A stretch of DNA of 60,694 nt, filler included, from Jimgerdemannia flammicorona (lineage: Eukaryota), in assembly GCA_003990765.1 (NCBI GenBank). It is 3 parts of 3 records of this genome, joined end to end, with 100 filler letters (N's around TTAATTAATTAA, not from the genome) between each part and the next. Parts side by side here need not be neighbours in the genome. Positions count along the whole stretch, not along the records: positions 40,540 to 60,694 come from RBNJ01001746.1; 2 more parts are not named here. One strand, 5' to 3'. The notes beneath the pieces were generated by a model that saw only the letters and a list, made by a program, of their open reading frames with translations, was not told the DNA's origin and searched no databases. This document shows positions 46,635 to 60,410 of this stretch, piece by piece. Position 1 is the first letter of the stretch, and each line of letters starts with the position of its first letter. A program made the position numbers and the translations under genes.

Positions 46635-49600
46635 TATAAGAGGGTTACTTGTTAGAGTAACTGTTATATAGTTCTGGAAGAGTTTTCTGGAAGTTCTGAA
46701 TATTCTAAAAGACTGTTTTCTTAAGGTCAAGATTAATTTCATATAGAGTATATCCTCTATGCTTATTGATTTCAAGATCAGGTTAATGTCTCAACCAAGT
46801 CCTTTTTCAGACTAGTTCTGAATATTCAGGATTTTCTATATTTTAGAAAGTTCAAGAAACTAAGACCAGCTTAGTTGAATTGACATATCACTGCAGACAA
46901 TACCCAATTAGGAAATTTCATAATGGGGTTAGGAGTGAGACCTAATGGAGAGTGGATTTACTTAAGAGTAATTTGTAGATTATTAAGTAGATTTATTCAC
47001 TATTCATAATATTGCTATACTAGGAGTAGTTGTGTAAAGGGGTATTGTGGGGAAGTATTCAGAAATGTTTTTATATATTTGAGTCTGAAATTCTGAGGTC
47101 TGGGAGAGGGGGTATTTATACTAGTAAGGGGCTATCTGGGCTATACTAAATATAGATGTAGTACTTAGTGCCTTGCTGAGTCAGAATATAGTCATATAGT
47201 ACAAGTGTGATCTGATATATCAAGAGATTGTCTGACTGCTGAGTCAGTTCATAGTTATATTATATAAGGCTAATCTAACTATACTATGACTGTTAAGCTA
47301 TCTATAGATTTAGATACTGTCTGGGTAGTTTTTGATGATATCACTATCAATGACATTATCTCTAATGAAGTAGTCATCTAGGAAGAGTTGTTTGTGGATT
47401 AACTCTCCTTGTTCACTAAGGTAATAGTACATTGGGACTTTATCACTGTCCCACAGAATAGTATCATCTGTCTCATATACTGGATAAGATATTAGTGGGT
47501 GAAGAAGGAGTGTGTCATCTTTGTTTTCATCAGATTTACTGTCTGCATATCTCCTATAAGTTATGGTACTATGAGTTGCTGGGTTGTAGTAAGTTAGTGG
47601 CTATAGTTCATGTTGCTTATACTTAGGTGGCAAAGTTGTTGGTTCAATCTCAAGAGTTGTCTAGAGGTATAAATTATATTTTTCAGTCTCTTCATTATAG
47701 TTGAAATAATCAGAAGTAAATATGGATTGGTACTCATACTAGTGGTCATTGTCCCAATAATTCTTATAAGTGATTATGAACTATTGTAAGTTTATCAGTA
47801 AGGTTAGCAGTGTGATCAGGGTTGGCAGGGATTCTTGGCTTGAGGTTATGTTAGCATCAGAGAGATCATTGTCTTCTGCTTCATCTTCATCAAATCAGAT
47901 TATATTGTAGACATTCTTTATAGTATATTCAACTTGAGGCATTTGCAGAATATAGTCATCAGGGTGCAGAAAGGTTCTGTCTGTAGTCTGAATATACTCA
48001 AGATACTTATAGTTGAGTTCTTATATCATATCATCTATTTGGCCATAAGATAGGGTAGCAACCATTTCAGTAGTAATAACTCAGAGGTGAGAAATAATAG
48101 TACTATACTTATAGAAGAGTTCTCAATATTTGCAGGCAATGAGTTTCTGGTATTAAGACATCTGGATAATATCTATATCATGGTAGTATTTGACCATGTC
48201 TTCCAGGAGATAACTGATCTGATAGTAGCTTGAGATTTGTTTAATTTAGTGAGCTTTGCTAAGTATGTTCAGGGCATTCTATTGAACTTCTACAAAGTAG
48301 AGAGGTGCTAAGCTATAGATATTTATAAGGGGCAGAGGAGGTATAGCTTAGTTGACAATAGTATTCCAAATGTCAGTATGGATGCAGTTGTAGATCTCAG
48401 TGGTCATGTTTATATATATTCAAGAGTTGAGATTGTTTGTTTGGTTTGTTTTGGTTCTCTATTTCAACACATCTTAGTGCTTAGTATATATATATTTGGT
48501 CCTGATTGGTAAGATCCTGTTTATATAAATATTGTATTCTGTGACTTTGTATTGACTCAGTTTTATACACTGTAACTTTGGTTTGACTCAGCTTTATGAT
48601 CTTGCAGATGATTTTCTAATTTGTTCAGAGGTCATATGTGAGTTCAGTGGCTTGTTCTGAGGGTGATGTGTACTTTTGGTGACTTGGAGGTTGTGTACTT
48701 ACAACTCTCCCCTTTTTAGCTTTTGACATTCTCATCAGGGCCTTCTAATTTATTCTAGTGTTATTACACCATTTGGGAGGTCAAAAGTCCAGTAAAGTCT
48801 ATTTTTTCAGAAAGTGGTATATTCATAGTACAGTTATCTAATATATTGGATTCACATGTTAAAGAGTTGTGGGTTTAATGCTGTGTGCCAGAAGTAATTC
48901 TGACATCATTTACTGCTGGAGAATTTTCTCTAAGAAATCTTCTTAAATGTCTATACTTTGTTTTCCACCAGTGGTACAGAGAGAATAGACTTGCTTTCAG
49001 TTTTGCTATTTTTTCAGAGGGTTGGTATTCTTTTGTCTTGACTTGCTGAGTTCTTAATTTTGTTTATGATAATTATAATGTTCAGAAGAATAATATATAG
49101 TATGTTCTGATAGATGTTAGATATTCAGTTTTAGTTATTCAAGGAATCATATTCCTGAACTATGTTAGTAGTATTCTGGAGATTAGTCTTGGGTTCTTAT
49201 ATTGTATTATAGATTGGGTAATCTTTCCATTTGATAAGGTACTTAGGGTGGTTCTTGTGGTCATGTTTATTGAGGATTTGTTCAACTTCATATTCTTCTT
49301 GGTCATTGATAATAACAGATACAGATGGTTCTGTGGTTCAGTTTGGAAATAGCTCATCATCATTTTCATTGTATTGCTTGAGATATTAGATATTAAAGAC
49401 TGGATGAATCCTAATGGTGTCTGGTAGTACTAATTTATAAGAAGTAGAAGAGACTTGTGTAATGACTTTGAATGGTTCAATAAACTTGCTGTTCAGCTTT
49501 GTAGATAGTCTGTACTTGAGGTTGTCAACTCAGTATTCTCAGATATCTAGTAGAACTTTTTCTCCAATATTAAAGGTTTCTTCTCAGTAGTATTGGTTAA

Positions 49601-52600
49601 CATACTGTGACTATCATTCTTGAGCTCATGACAAATTCTCAATTATGATCTGGCTTAGATTGTACATTCAGAGCAGGAATTCTTCAATAGCTTTAACTAT
49701 AAAGAGTTTATCAGTAGTTCAGATAAGTGTCAGAGGGGTGTTTGGATTTTGTTTAGTATTGGCAAAGAATGGAGTTATTCTAAGAGAGGCTTGCTTGCTG
49801 TTATTATAGGTGAACTCAACTGCAGTAAGGTGTTCATACCAATCATCTTGTCTGTAGAAAATATAGTTTCTTAGCATTTGTTCCAGAGTTTGGTTCATTC
49901 TTTCAGTTTGGCCATCAGTTTTGGGGTAAAAGGCTATAGATAGTACAAGTTTCATTCCAAGGTATGTATGGAGGGATTTTCAAAAATGGCTGGTAAATTT
50001 CAGGTTTTGGTCACTAATAATAATCTTAGGAAGACCATGATAGCAGAAGATGTTGTCAAACAAGAGTATGGCTATATCTGGTGCTGTTGTGGTAGTGGTA
50101 GTTAATACAAAGTGGACTTGTTTACTGAGATAGTCTATGAAGACAACTATTGCATCTTTCCCATTCTTGGTTCAGAGTAGTTGTATAATGAAGTCTATAG
50201 ATATTTGTTTCCAATTAATAGATGGTACTGGAATAGGGTGAAGTAGGTCAGATTTTGCTAGTATTGAGGACTTGTTCCATTGGTAGGCATTACAGAAAGT
50301 AATATAGGTCTTTAGCTAATCTACTATATGAGATCAATAGAAGTTTTGAAAGATATATAACTTCATAGTATTTGTCAAATCCTAAATGTCCAGCTGTAGA
50401 GATATCATGACATTCAAATAGGATAGTTCTTCAGAGGTCTCAATTATTTGAAACATACAATCTGTCCTTGTAGTAGATTATATTATCTTTCAGTTGATAT
50501 TGATGATACTGGATATACTTGTCAGTATCATTACTGCTTAGAATTTCTTGGAGTACTTGAGCTTCTTTATCATTAGTACATGCTGTGATAATTTGTTCTA
50601 TGATAGAGTTTATAATCAAGATGAGGGTTTGGATAACTTCTTTGATTGATGGTCTAGAGATTGTACCAGTGATAATATTTTCCTTACTAGAGCAATATTA
50701 GATTTTATAGTCAAAGTTGGTGAGGACTTTCATCTATCTGGCTTATTTTTGAGAAAGAGTAGCCTGGGTCTTGATGTTGATTAATGACTTGTAGTCAGTC
50801 AATACAGTGAAGTATACTTCTTCTAGATATGGTTGCCATTTGATCAGAGTGTCTACAATGACTAATATTTCCTTCTTGCAAGTTGTATAGTTGATTTCAG
50901 TATCATTGAACTTTTGAGAGTGATAGGCCACAGAGTATCCTTCTTATATAAGTACTGCTCCAAGGGCTAGGTCAGAGGTATCAGTAGTAACTTAATATAG
51001 TAGGACAGGGTTTGCTACTTGAAGTACTGGAGTAGTTATCAAGGTATCCTTTAGTGTTTGAAAGGTGATATCTTGCTTAGGTCCCCAATTTACAAGATTA
51101 TTAAAGTCTTTTCTTATTTCATAGTCCAGAGCAGTTCTTCTTTCTTACTATACTTAGTCATTTAAGTAAGGGCAGTAGCAATCTTGGCAAAGTTGACAAC
51201 AAATCATCTATAATAGTTTGCTAATCCCAGAAATAACTAGAGATCTTTCAGTTTCTTGGGTCTGGACCACTCCTTGATTGTGGAGATTTTGTTGGAGTCT
51301 ACTTTGATTCTATTTAGTATGATAATGTATCTAAAGAATTGGATTTCTTTCAGGAGAAATTTGCATTTGCTAAGTTTTGTGAAGAGTCAGTTTTCTTGGA
51401 GTTTCAGTAGTACTAGTTCAAGGTGTTCAAGATGTTCCTCCAGGGTTTTGCTGAAGACTAAGATGTCATCGATATAGATAACAACAAATTTGTCCAGATA
51501 TGGGTGCAGGATAGTATTCATCAGAGTCTGGAAGGTTGTAGGAGCATTAGTTAAGCTGAAAGGTATAACCAAGAACTCAAAGTATCCATAGTGAGTTTGG
51601 AAGACTGTCTTGTAGATGTCTTCTTCTTTTATAGCAATTTGCTAGTAACCATTTTACAGGTCAAAAGAGCTCATGAATTGTGGGTTGATGAGTCTATCAA
51701 ATATTTCATTGATTCTGAGTAGTGGGCAATAGTTATTGATAGTCTGTTCATTGAGGTCATGGTAATTAATACATATTTGCAGGTCTTCTTCTTTCTTTAC
51801 AACAAAGAGAACTAGTGTACCATAGAGTGATATACTGGGTCTGGTGAATCCTTATTCTAGGAGTTTGTCAATTTCTTTCTTGAGTATATTGATTTCTCTC
51901 AGAGATATGTAGTAGATTGACTTGAAGGCTGGCTTGGCATCTGGAATAGTCTTGATAGTGTGGTCTACTACTCATTTAGGAGGTAGGTCTTTTGGGAGTT
52001 TCTTTGAGAATATATCTTGAAATTTCTAGAGTAGGAGTCTAATGTGGCTGTTGACTTTGGAAAAGTCTTCTTCAGAGTTGTCAAGTTCTCCTTTGGATGG
52101 GTGGATGGAGATGACAAAAAGAGGACATTTCTTGGCCAATTTCTTGAGCTGTAACTTATTGATGTGGGTGATCTTTAATTCAGAGTCATTAGAGCTGAGT
52201 GAGTCCTTTTTACCTTGCAGTTTGAAGTTATGGCATTCTTTCTTGATGATCAGAGAATGGTTTATCCAATCAATCATGGGGTTCTCTTATTTCAACCATA
52301 GGGTTTCAAGAATGATTTCATTGTCAGGAAGTGGTACAATCTGGAGAGTGACATATACTCAGTAGTCACCAATTCAGAAGGGCAGGTTGTGGACTTTCTT
52401 ACTAATGACATGGGAGATTCTATCAGCTGTAGCCACTGCTTGAGTTTGTTATATCAGAGATGTCAGGACCTTGAGTCTGTTGGCTGTTTCTTCATTGATG
52501 AAGTTGCTTGAGGCACTACTGTCTATCATAATCTTGATAGGTACTCAGTTGACAAAAGTTTGAAATATAAGCAGTTTGTCTGATCTAATAGTAGTGATTT

Positions 52601-55600
52601 TAGTTGTAAGAGTTTTCCTTCTATTAGTTCTTCTTTGAGCTAGTTCATTAATACAAGAGAAGTAATTATTGATCATTTAGGAAGAGTATATTCTAATACT
52701 ATCTACTTGGTATATATCCATCTTCGATTTTTTTGTAGAATTATTTTTCTTTATTCATAGTGGCTTGGGCTGGCATCTTGTTTGATGAGCCAAATCCTTT
52801 AGATCCTCAGATAGTGGGCAGTAGTTCAGGGACTTCCTTGACTATCAGAGTTGATTCAATTTTCTCAAATAGGATCTGAGCAATATAGAAATCAATGGGG
52901 ATCTTGAAGAGTGTCCAACTATGGTTTTGGATGAGGACAATAATTTCACCTATGTAATCTTTGTCAATGACTCCTCCTTCTACTAAGAGTTCTTTCAATG
53001 CTAGGCTGCTGTGACAGTATATTCTTCCAATATATCCTTCAGAGATTTGGATGCTGATTCTTGTATAGACTTACTTGACTTCTCAGTTAGATACTGTAGC
53101 TTTTTCAGCTGCATACAGGTCATATCCAGCTACCTTTTGGCTTCCTTTAGTTGGGGCCTTAGTAGTTTGCCTTAACTTAATAAAGTCCAGTATTCTGGTA
53201 GTCAGGTTATTGAGGTGGTACAGAGTAGTAACAGTTGCTTATATTACTGTTCAGGGTTTTTGGTTAGAGCAGATACTGGCTATATGTCCTGTCTTTCAGC
53301 AATAGAAGCATACTCCACTTCTTCAAAGTTCATTTCTTTCTCCTTCAGTGAGTTTCTTGAAGATACTCAGCTGGGTGGATTTATGATTTCTGAGTATCTA
53401 TGAGGTAGATGTTGAGGGAGCTTAGGATGCTTCATGCTTGGGTTCTTCTTTCTTAGTTTAAGTCTTTTCCTTGTTGTTGAATTATCTTTGGGGCAGAATT
53501 GGTCCAGCTGTTAGAATTCACTTAACTATAGTCTTAATTCTTGCCAGACACTATTGTTGGTGATCACAACCAACTGGGTATCCTTATTCTCAGATTTTTC
53601 TTATAAGCTATTCAGGTAGTATATTGAATAGATGGTCTGCTCTTGTACCATTTCATACTTTGTCATTAGCAATATATTCTAGGCCAACAGTATTCAGAAG
53701 TGACTCAAGTTTTGTACAGAAGGTTTTGAATTCTTCCTTGCTATATATATTGAATTTGAGGTTGTAGAATTTTACTTGAGATTCAGTAATCATGGTTTTG
53801 CTGCAGTATTGAGCAATCATGAGTTGTTTTAGTCCAGGGGCTACAGGATGGACTCTATATCCAGGGGTATTGTTTGCTGCATTCTGAGTAACTACTGCAG
53901 GTCAGGTGTCCTATATGAGGGGTTTTTTAGGAAGGATTTGTCACCATTCTTCAGTAGGTCCTCAGAAGAATATAATAACTCAGCAGACATAGGCTGTAGT
54001 GATAGCAAAGAGTTGTTCCAGAGTGTGGTCTTGATTGTTTGTCAGAAGGTGGTCAGCAACTTGCTCATTGGTCTATTGATTGGCTTTGAAGTTAGTATTA
54101 ACTATACTAATGAAGCTTTGGACTTCTTGTATAGTACCATTGAAGGTAGATAGGCTCAGATTTTTGATAGGTTGGACCTATTCAGCTAAGACAGTAATGG
54201 TTGCTGCCATTATTGCTACCTGGGCTATAAGATCTAGAATCTGTTGGTTTGTTATATTGTTTGCTGGAGGTAGTTGGACTGCTGGTAGTGATGTTACTAG
54301 TACTACTTGAGGTACTGGTGCAGAGTGTGATGGAGTTCTTTGAGTCTGTATGAGTTACTGGAGTAATAGTTGTGGGTCTAGAGTAAGGGCTCAATAGATA
54401 GCTATCTGTTACTGTGTAGGTATATTCTGTTCTAATAGAGGTACATCTCCTTCAGTAGTATATCTGGGATTGAATTCACTGAGATACTCCTCCTCCTCTT
54501 CAGTTTGGTCTTTGTATAGTTGGGTTTGCTCAGTGTTGAAGTAGACAGAATCAGTTATATATCTGATTTCAGATGGACTTAATTCAAAGTCAAGTTCTGA
54601 TTCAGTATTGGTTTCAGGTTCAGGTAGAGCTGTAGCAGGACCTACTTTAGGTTTAGGGTCAGGTTGTTGATAAAGGGTTTCTCTTGCTTCTTTCTTAAGA
54701 ATATAGTGAGCCTTACTATTCTAGAATCGATAGTATAATACAGTCTTGGTTCTGATATGGTGAAAGTTGGTAGAGTTGAGCCACTTGACTATAGAGGCTT
54801 AGGCTTCATAAGAGACTAAGGCTAGAAAGACTGCTGATGGTTGTCCTAGATTACTTGGATTTGTAGAACTGACAAAACTCTTATTGAGAAGAGTAAAGAA
54901 GACTTCTATAAGACCTTCTTCATCTTGACTTATAGGGTGTAGAGCAAGGAGTTTGATAAATAGAGTTTTATCTATCTGCTGATTTAATCAGAATATTTCT
55001 TTCTTTGAATGAAGTTTGTTCCACTTATTACAGATATGGAGGTCAAATTGTTCTTGTATGTCAGATTCAATTCTCTCTAGATTGTCAGATAGTTTGGGAT
55101 AAATTCCAGTTCAGAGGTTGGGCTTTATACCAACTTGTAGGAATTTTCAGAGGGGTTTGTAGTAAGGTAAAGAAGTATCTTGAAGTAGAATTGGATTGTA
55201 AACCACTGCTACCAAGTTGTAAGAGGGTTACTTGTTAGGGTAACCATTATATAGTTCTGGAAGGGTTTTCTGGAAGTTCTAGATATTCTGGAAGACCATT
55301 TTCTTAAGGTCAAGATCAATTTCATATAGAGTATATCCTCTATACTTATTGATTTCAAGATCAGTTTGACATCTCAACCAAAGTCCTTTTTCAGACTAGT
55401 TCTAAATGTTCAGGATTTTCCATATTTCAGGAAGTTCAAGAAACTAAGACCAGCTTAGTTGAATTGACATATTGCTGCAGACAATATCCAATTAGGAAAT
55501 TTTGTGACAGAGTTAGGAGTGGGACCTAACAGAGAGTGGATTTACTTAAGAGTAGTTTGTGGATTATTAAATAGGTTTATTCGCTATTCATGATATTGCT

Positions 55601-56310
55601 ATACTAGGAGTAGTTGTATAAAGGGATATTGTGGGGAAGTATTCAGGAATATTCTTGTGTATTTGAGTCTGAGATTCTGAGGTCTGAGAGAGGGGGTATT
55701 TATACTAGTGAGGAGCTATCTGGGCTATACTGAATATGGATGTAGCACTTAGTACCTTGTTGAGTTGGAATGCAGTTATATAATATAAGTGTGATCTGAC
55801 ATATCAAGAGATTATCTGACTACTAAGTCAGTTCACAGTTATGTCATACAAGGCTAATCTAACTATACTATGACTGCTAAGCTATCTATAGATTTAGATG
55901 CTGTCTGGATAGTCTTCAATAATATTACTATCAATGACATCATCTCTGATGAAGTAGTCATCTAGGAAGAGTTGTTTGTGGATTAACTCTCCTTATTCAC
56001 TGAGGTAATAGTATATTGAGACTTTGTCACTGTCCTACAGGATAGCATCATCTGTTTCATATGCTGCATAAGGTGTTAGTGGGTAAAGGAGGGGTGTGTT
56101 ATCTTTGCTTTCATTGGATTTACTATCTGTATACCTCTTATAAGTTATAGCACTGGGTTGTAGTAAGCTAGTAGCTGTGGTTCATGTTGCTTATACTCAG
56201 GTGGTAGAGTTGTTGGTTTGATCTCAAGAGTTGTCTGGAGGTATAAATTATATTCTCCAGTCTCTTTATTATAGTTGAAGTAATCGAGAGTGAATGCAGG
56301 TTAGTATCCA
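46635..56310 (-). mobile_element. Ty3/gypsy chromovirus family A copy 3, near full-length and decayed
   Basis: 3' LTR 46635-48703, PPT 48704-48717, 5' LTR from 55218 truncated at ~56310. Order gag-dUTPase-PR-RT-RH-IN-chromodomain. Confidence 0.93.
49150..54700 (-). pseudogene. Family A gag-pol with dUTPase (~52790-53180) and C-terminal chromodomain (~49160-49290)
   Basis: [60 protein letters not shown] and EEYEVEQILNKH...KYLIKWKDY. Confidence 0.92.
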
Positions 56311-59230
56311 GTAAACCCTAGTAGCCTCTTTCAATCTTATCTATTAAATACCAACTAGTATACCCTCATGTACTCAACTCTCTACTTTCTGCCAAATATC
56401 CTCAGCCCAATTATCTCACAACTTCTTCTCAGCCAATAAAGAGGAATTGAGGTACTAATGTCCAGATCCATCCCCACTTCTCCCAAACCACCCATGTCCT
56501 AACAAGCTCCAATAGTCTGATCACAAGTACTACTTAACCTCAAGAGACTTTTAGATATCCAGACTCCAGCAGTCAGCTGTCAGCACCCAGTCAATTCTCA
56601 TCCTCAGATCACCCACCCAATAAGTATAGACCCTCCTATCTCTTCACATTGCCCATCCAGTATCCACCAAGGAACTAAGTTGCTCTACCTCCTCTCAACC
56701 CTCCAGACTACCACTTCTGTCCTCTACATTTCTCCCTCCATCTGTCCTGTCTAACTGTGCTAAACAAACTATGTTGAAGTCCCCTCCAAACATCTCTACT
56801 CCTGCCTCTACAAGTACTTTACTATCTAGTAAAAGACTATCAATCCACTCTACATGCTTGCTCCTGATGACAGAGTAGTAGCAAGATTCACTACAATTAA
56901 CTCCCATCCAGACTGATGCCACTCTCCTTGAACCATATGATCTCCCTAGTTCCTGTTTTCACAAATTTTCTCTTGCCCTTTCTATATTAGAAGTTCAATC
57001 TTACTATTCCAGATTACTGCCTCACTCCATTCCCTCATCTACTCCTATTGCTCAAAATTCTCCTTATATTGCACATTCTGTAGAAGAAAGAGATCTGCCT
57101 CTAATTCTCTTAACTAAGTAAAAATGTTATATTATCTCTTAGAACCCCACAAGCCATTTATATTCAATGAGAAAATTTTAGTTATACTATTCATAAGGAA
57201 TAATATTAAAGTAGATACATCCTCTTTACAACTCTATATTTACTTCCTCTCTAGTTAAGTCCAATCTATACTCAGCAGCAGTCTCTGTATTCTCAACTAG
57301 CTTAGCTTCCAGTCCACCTATCACTACATCATCCTTCAACTCTATCTTCTCCTAATACTCTAAACAAGCTCCTTGCCAAATCTCCAATCTACTTCTCTGC
57401 TCTCACCAGAAGACTACATGCTCCTTAGTAGCCACTACTATCTCTACTTCTCTCTCAACATCTACCTTATAACTCTTCTCATCTAAATACAATCTCAGTA
57501 TCTCTTTTGCCAGGACCTCTATGATACTATCACTCTACAGAATTCTCATCCAGTGCTTCTCACTGATGACTTATAAGTCTATATCCCCCAACTTCTCAGC
57601 TGCCAAGTTGTTTATTACCTGGTATAGTTACTACAAGTCTTCAATCTCCTTGCCTCCAGATGGCACTGACCAGCTAGCCCAAGTATCACAGTATCTGTCT
57701 CAGTACTCATAGACTCATCCTACTCCTCCTCAAAGACATCCACCAGCTCCTCCTCTCCAACCTCAACTATCTACCCTCTACTTACTATCTTAGGTATACT
57801 AAATTGAATATAGTGAGTCCCCAACATCTCCACATCCTCACCCACTATTGGTCAGATGTCCTGAGTCTTCCTTCTGGTATTCTCACTCTTCTCCCACACC
57901 TTCAGCATGTCATCATCATAGAGAGCCTGATCTCTCTCCTTCTGGCCTCTATTTATATACTTCAGTACTCTTCCAATCTCCACCCCTGCCCAGATGCTCT
58001 CCTTAGCTCTCTCAGTCTCTTCTTTCAAGCTTGCCTTCTCCTTCTTCTTCTTCTTCAGACTTGCCAATAGCTCCTTCTGCCTCTTCTACCTCTGAGCCCT
58101 CTTCTATGTTCCCTTGTCTATCTGAATATACTTTCTATCTACTATATTTAAGTATATTAATTCTACATAATTCCACCATATCTTGGCCCACTGCTCCACC
58201 ACCCTGCTGAGCTTCTCCAGTGCCTCCACCAAGTCCTCCTCCTCCTCCATACTTCTCTTTACTCTTATCACCTTATAGATAAAGACTTTCCACATTATTA
58301 CCACTAGCTAATCCTATAGCTTCTCAGTAGCCTCCTTCTCTACTAGTCTAAGATGAATATCCACATCTCTTGTCCTGAAAGAGATCCTCTCTCAGACCTG
58401 AAATACAATATCCACTACCTCACTATACTCAGCCATAACCTCCTCAACCCTCCTCCTCATCTCAACTGCCATCACTATAGATATCTCTTTCACTAAGAGC
58501 TAAACCACCCTTGAGTCTCATCTCAAATAATATGTCATAAAAACCACCACCTCCCCTATAGTTAGCCCTATCTTCATTGCCTCCTTTAAGAGAGCAGTCT
58601 CCTTAAAGTCCATCTCTACCCTCTCAAGTCTCTTCAGGAACTTCACTGAAGCTGCTCTAGCCATCTGCTTCAAGATTAGTCCCAGAATCATCTTTGCTAT
58701 CACTACTAAGTCTTGGAAGTACAATATGATTACAAACTCCAAGATGGACTTCTTGAGTAATGGGACCACTACCAGGCCCATTATACCATTAGCTAGGTCT
58801 CCTTGTCTCTGTCTATCCTCCTGTATAGTACTATAATCAACAGTCACATCTCTTTTTTTTTTCTGATCTACTATTATACTCACATCAGCAGTCACTCTAC
58901 TACCCCCAACTACAGTCTCTCTTGCCTCTATGCTTACTCTCCCTAGCAAAGAGTCTCCTGCCCTCTCTAGGCTAGTCTTGTCTTTCCCCCAGCCCCACTA
59001 GCTTGAGTATCTCTAGCAGACCATCCTTCTAGCTTCACCTTGTCTATAAAGCTCAGTCCCCCCTGCTCTCCTGTTTTTGCATCAGACTGGCCACTACTGC
59101 TCAGTCCACTCTGATCTCCAGAACCTCCTAAAGACTTTATCTTCAGTCTATATTTTCTTCTGATGTATTACTAGTTAAAGGCTCCAGGTCCACCCAACCT
59201 AATACATATATCAGCTTGCTAGTTTGTTGC
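56311..59230 (-). mobile_element. Decayed L1/Tx1-type LINE, 5' part (ORF1 plus AP endonuclease); RT missing
   Basis: KIFSLNINGL (~57165) and FGGDFN (~56780) APE motifs. Upstream ORF1-like region is homologous to 22690-24130. Confidence 0.8.
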
Positions 59231-60007
59231 TATGTTCTTAGTAGCTTTCTCTAATAAATAATTCAAAAGTGTGTTTTGAAGTTTGTATAATATGAATGTT
59301 AGTAGAGAAAGATGTAGTAATATCTACTATTGAAATTTTTCTGGTATTCTGATCTTATGTAACTATCAGAAATTATTCCAGAATTCTGATATTATATAAC
59401 CAATTGTATATATATTTGAATTTGTACTTACAATCTGAAGTTTTCTGTATTCAAGTATCTTATTTATTTGGTTATTAGAATTTATATTTAGTTTTATAAC
59501 TTAGTAACTATTAAATTATATTTTATATAAATACTCTTCTCATTTCTTTTGAAATAAAGTCAGTAGTCAAATATTGAAAATACTCAAATATTTGAGCACC
59601 CAACTATTCAAGAAGCACAGAAGTTTCAGTCCTTTACTTAATTCTAAGTAAGCAAATCTAAGAGATAATAGAATAGTTTAAGATAAGAAGTTTGAAAACT
59701 ATAAGACCTTGGGAAGACACTCCAATAGAACTTACTTATAAAAACTTATAGTTGGTCTAAGAGATACATCTTGAAGAGAATCTGACATACTTGGAGAACT
59801 TAGCACTCACTATGACAATATATAGCTATAAGATCTATAAATTCTAAGGTCTAAAGGATCACTATAAGTTATTGCCAGAATTCTCTCTCATTCTTATTAT
59901 TGTTATTACTATCTAGTGCTTCTAATGAGTTAATTTAATCCATATTGGATTCAGATTGATTTGGATTGAATCTCATCTAGATCAACTTGAATTCCATCTA
60001 GATTGAC

Positions 60008-60410
60008 CATTGTTTTGATTTTCAAATTAGACAATTAAATGTTTACATCAATAACTCGATGAATAATTGTTCAAATTTGATGATCTTGGTGTCATTTGAA
60101 AGCCCTTAATAAGACCTTTCTAATGATACCAAGATAATTAAAATTGGATTATGCATTGTTGAGTTATCAAGGAAAATGTCTGACTTGCCGATTTTGGAAA
60201 TTATTTGACTTGCCAATTTTGGAAATTATGTTAAAAGATCATTTTCCTTAATATCTTAGCAATGCATAATCTGATTTCAATGATCTTGGTATAATTAGAA
60301 AGGTCTTATTAAGGGCTTTCAAATGATACCAAGATCATCAAATTTGGAGGATTATTCCTCAAGTTATTGATGTAAATATTTAATTGTCTAATTTGGAAAT
60401 CAAAACAATG
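60008..60410. repeat. Long inverted repeat (171-bp arms), each arm containing a 53-bp palindrome
   Basis: 60008-60178 is the reverse complement of 60240-60410. Inner palindromes at 60083-60135 and 60283-60335. The spacer holds two direct tgacttgcc[g/a]attttggaaattat copies. Confidence 0.9.
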
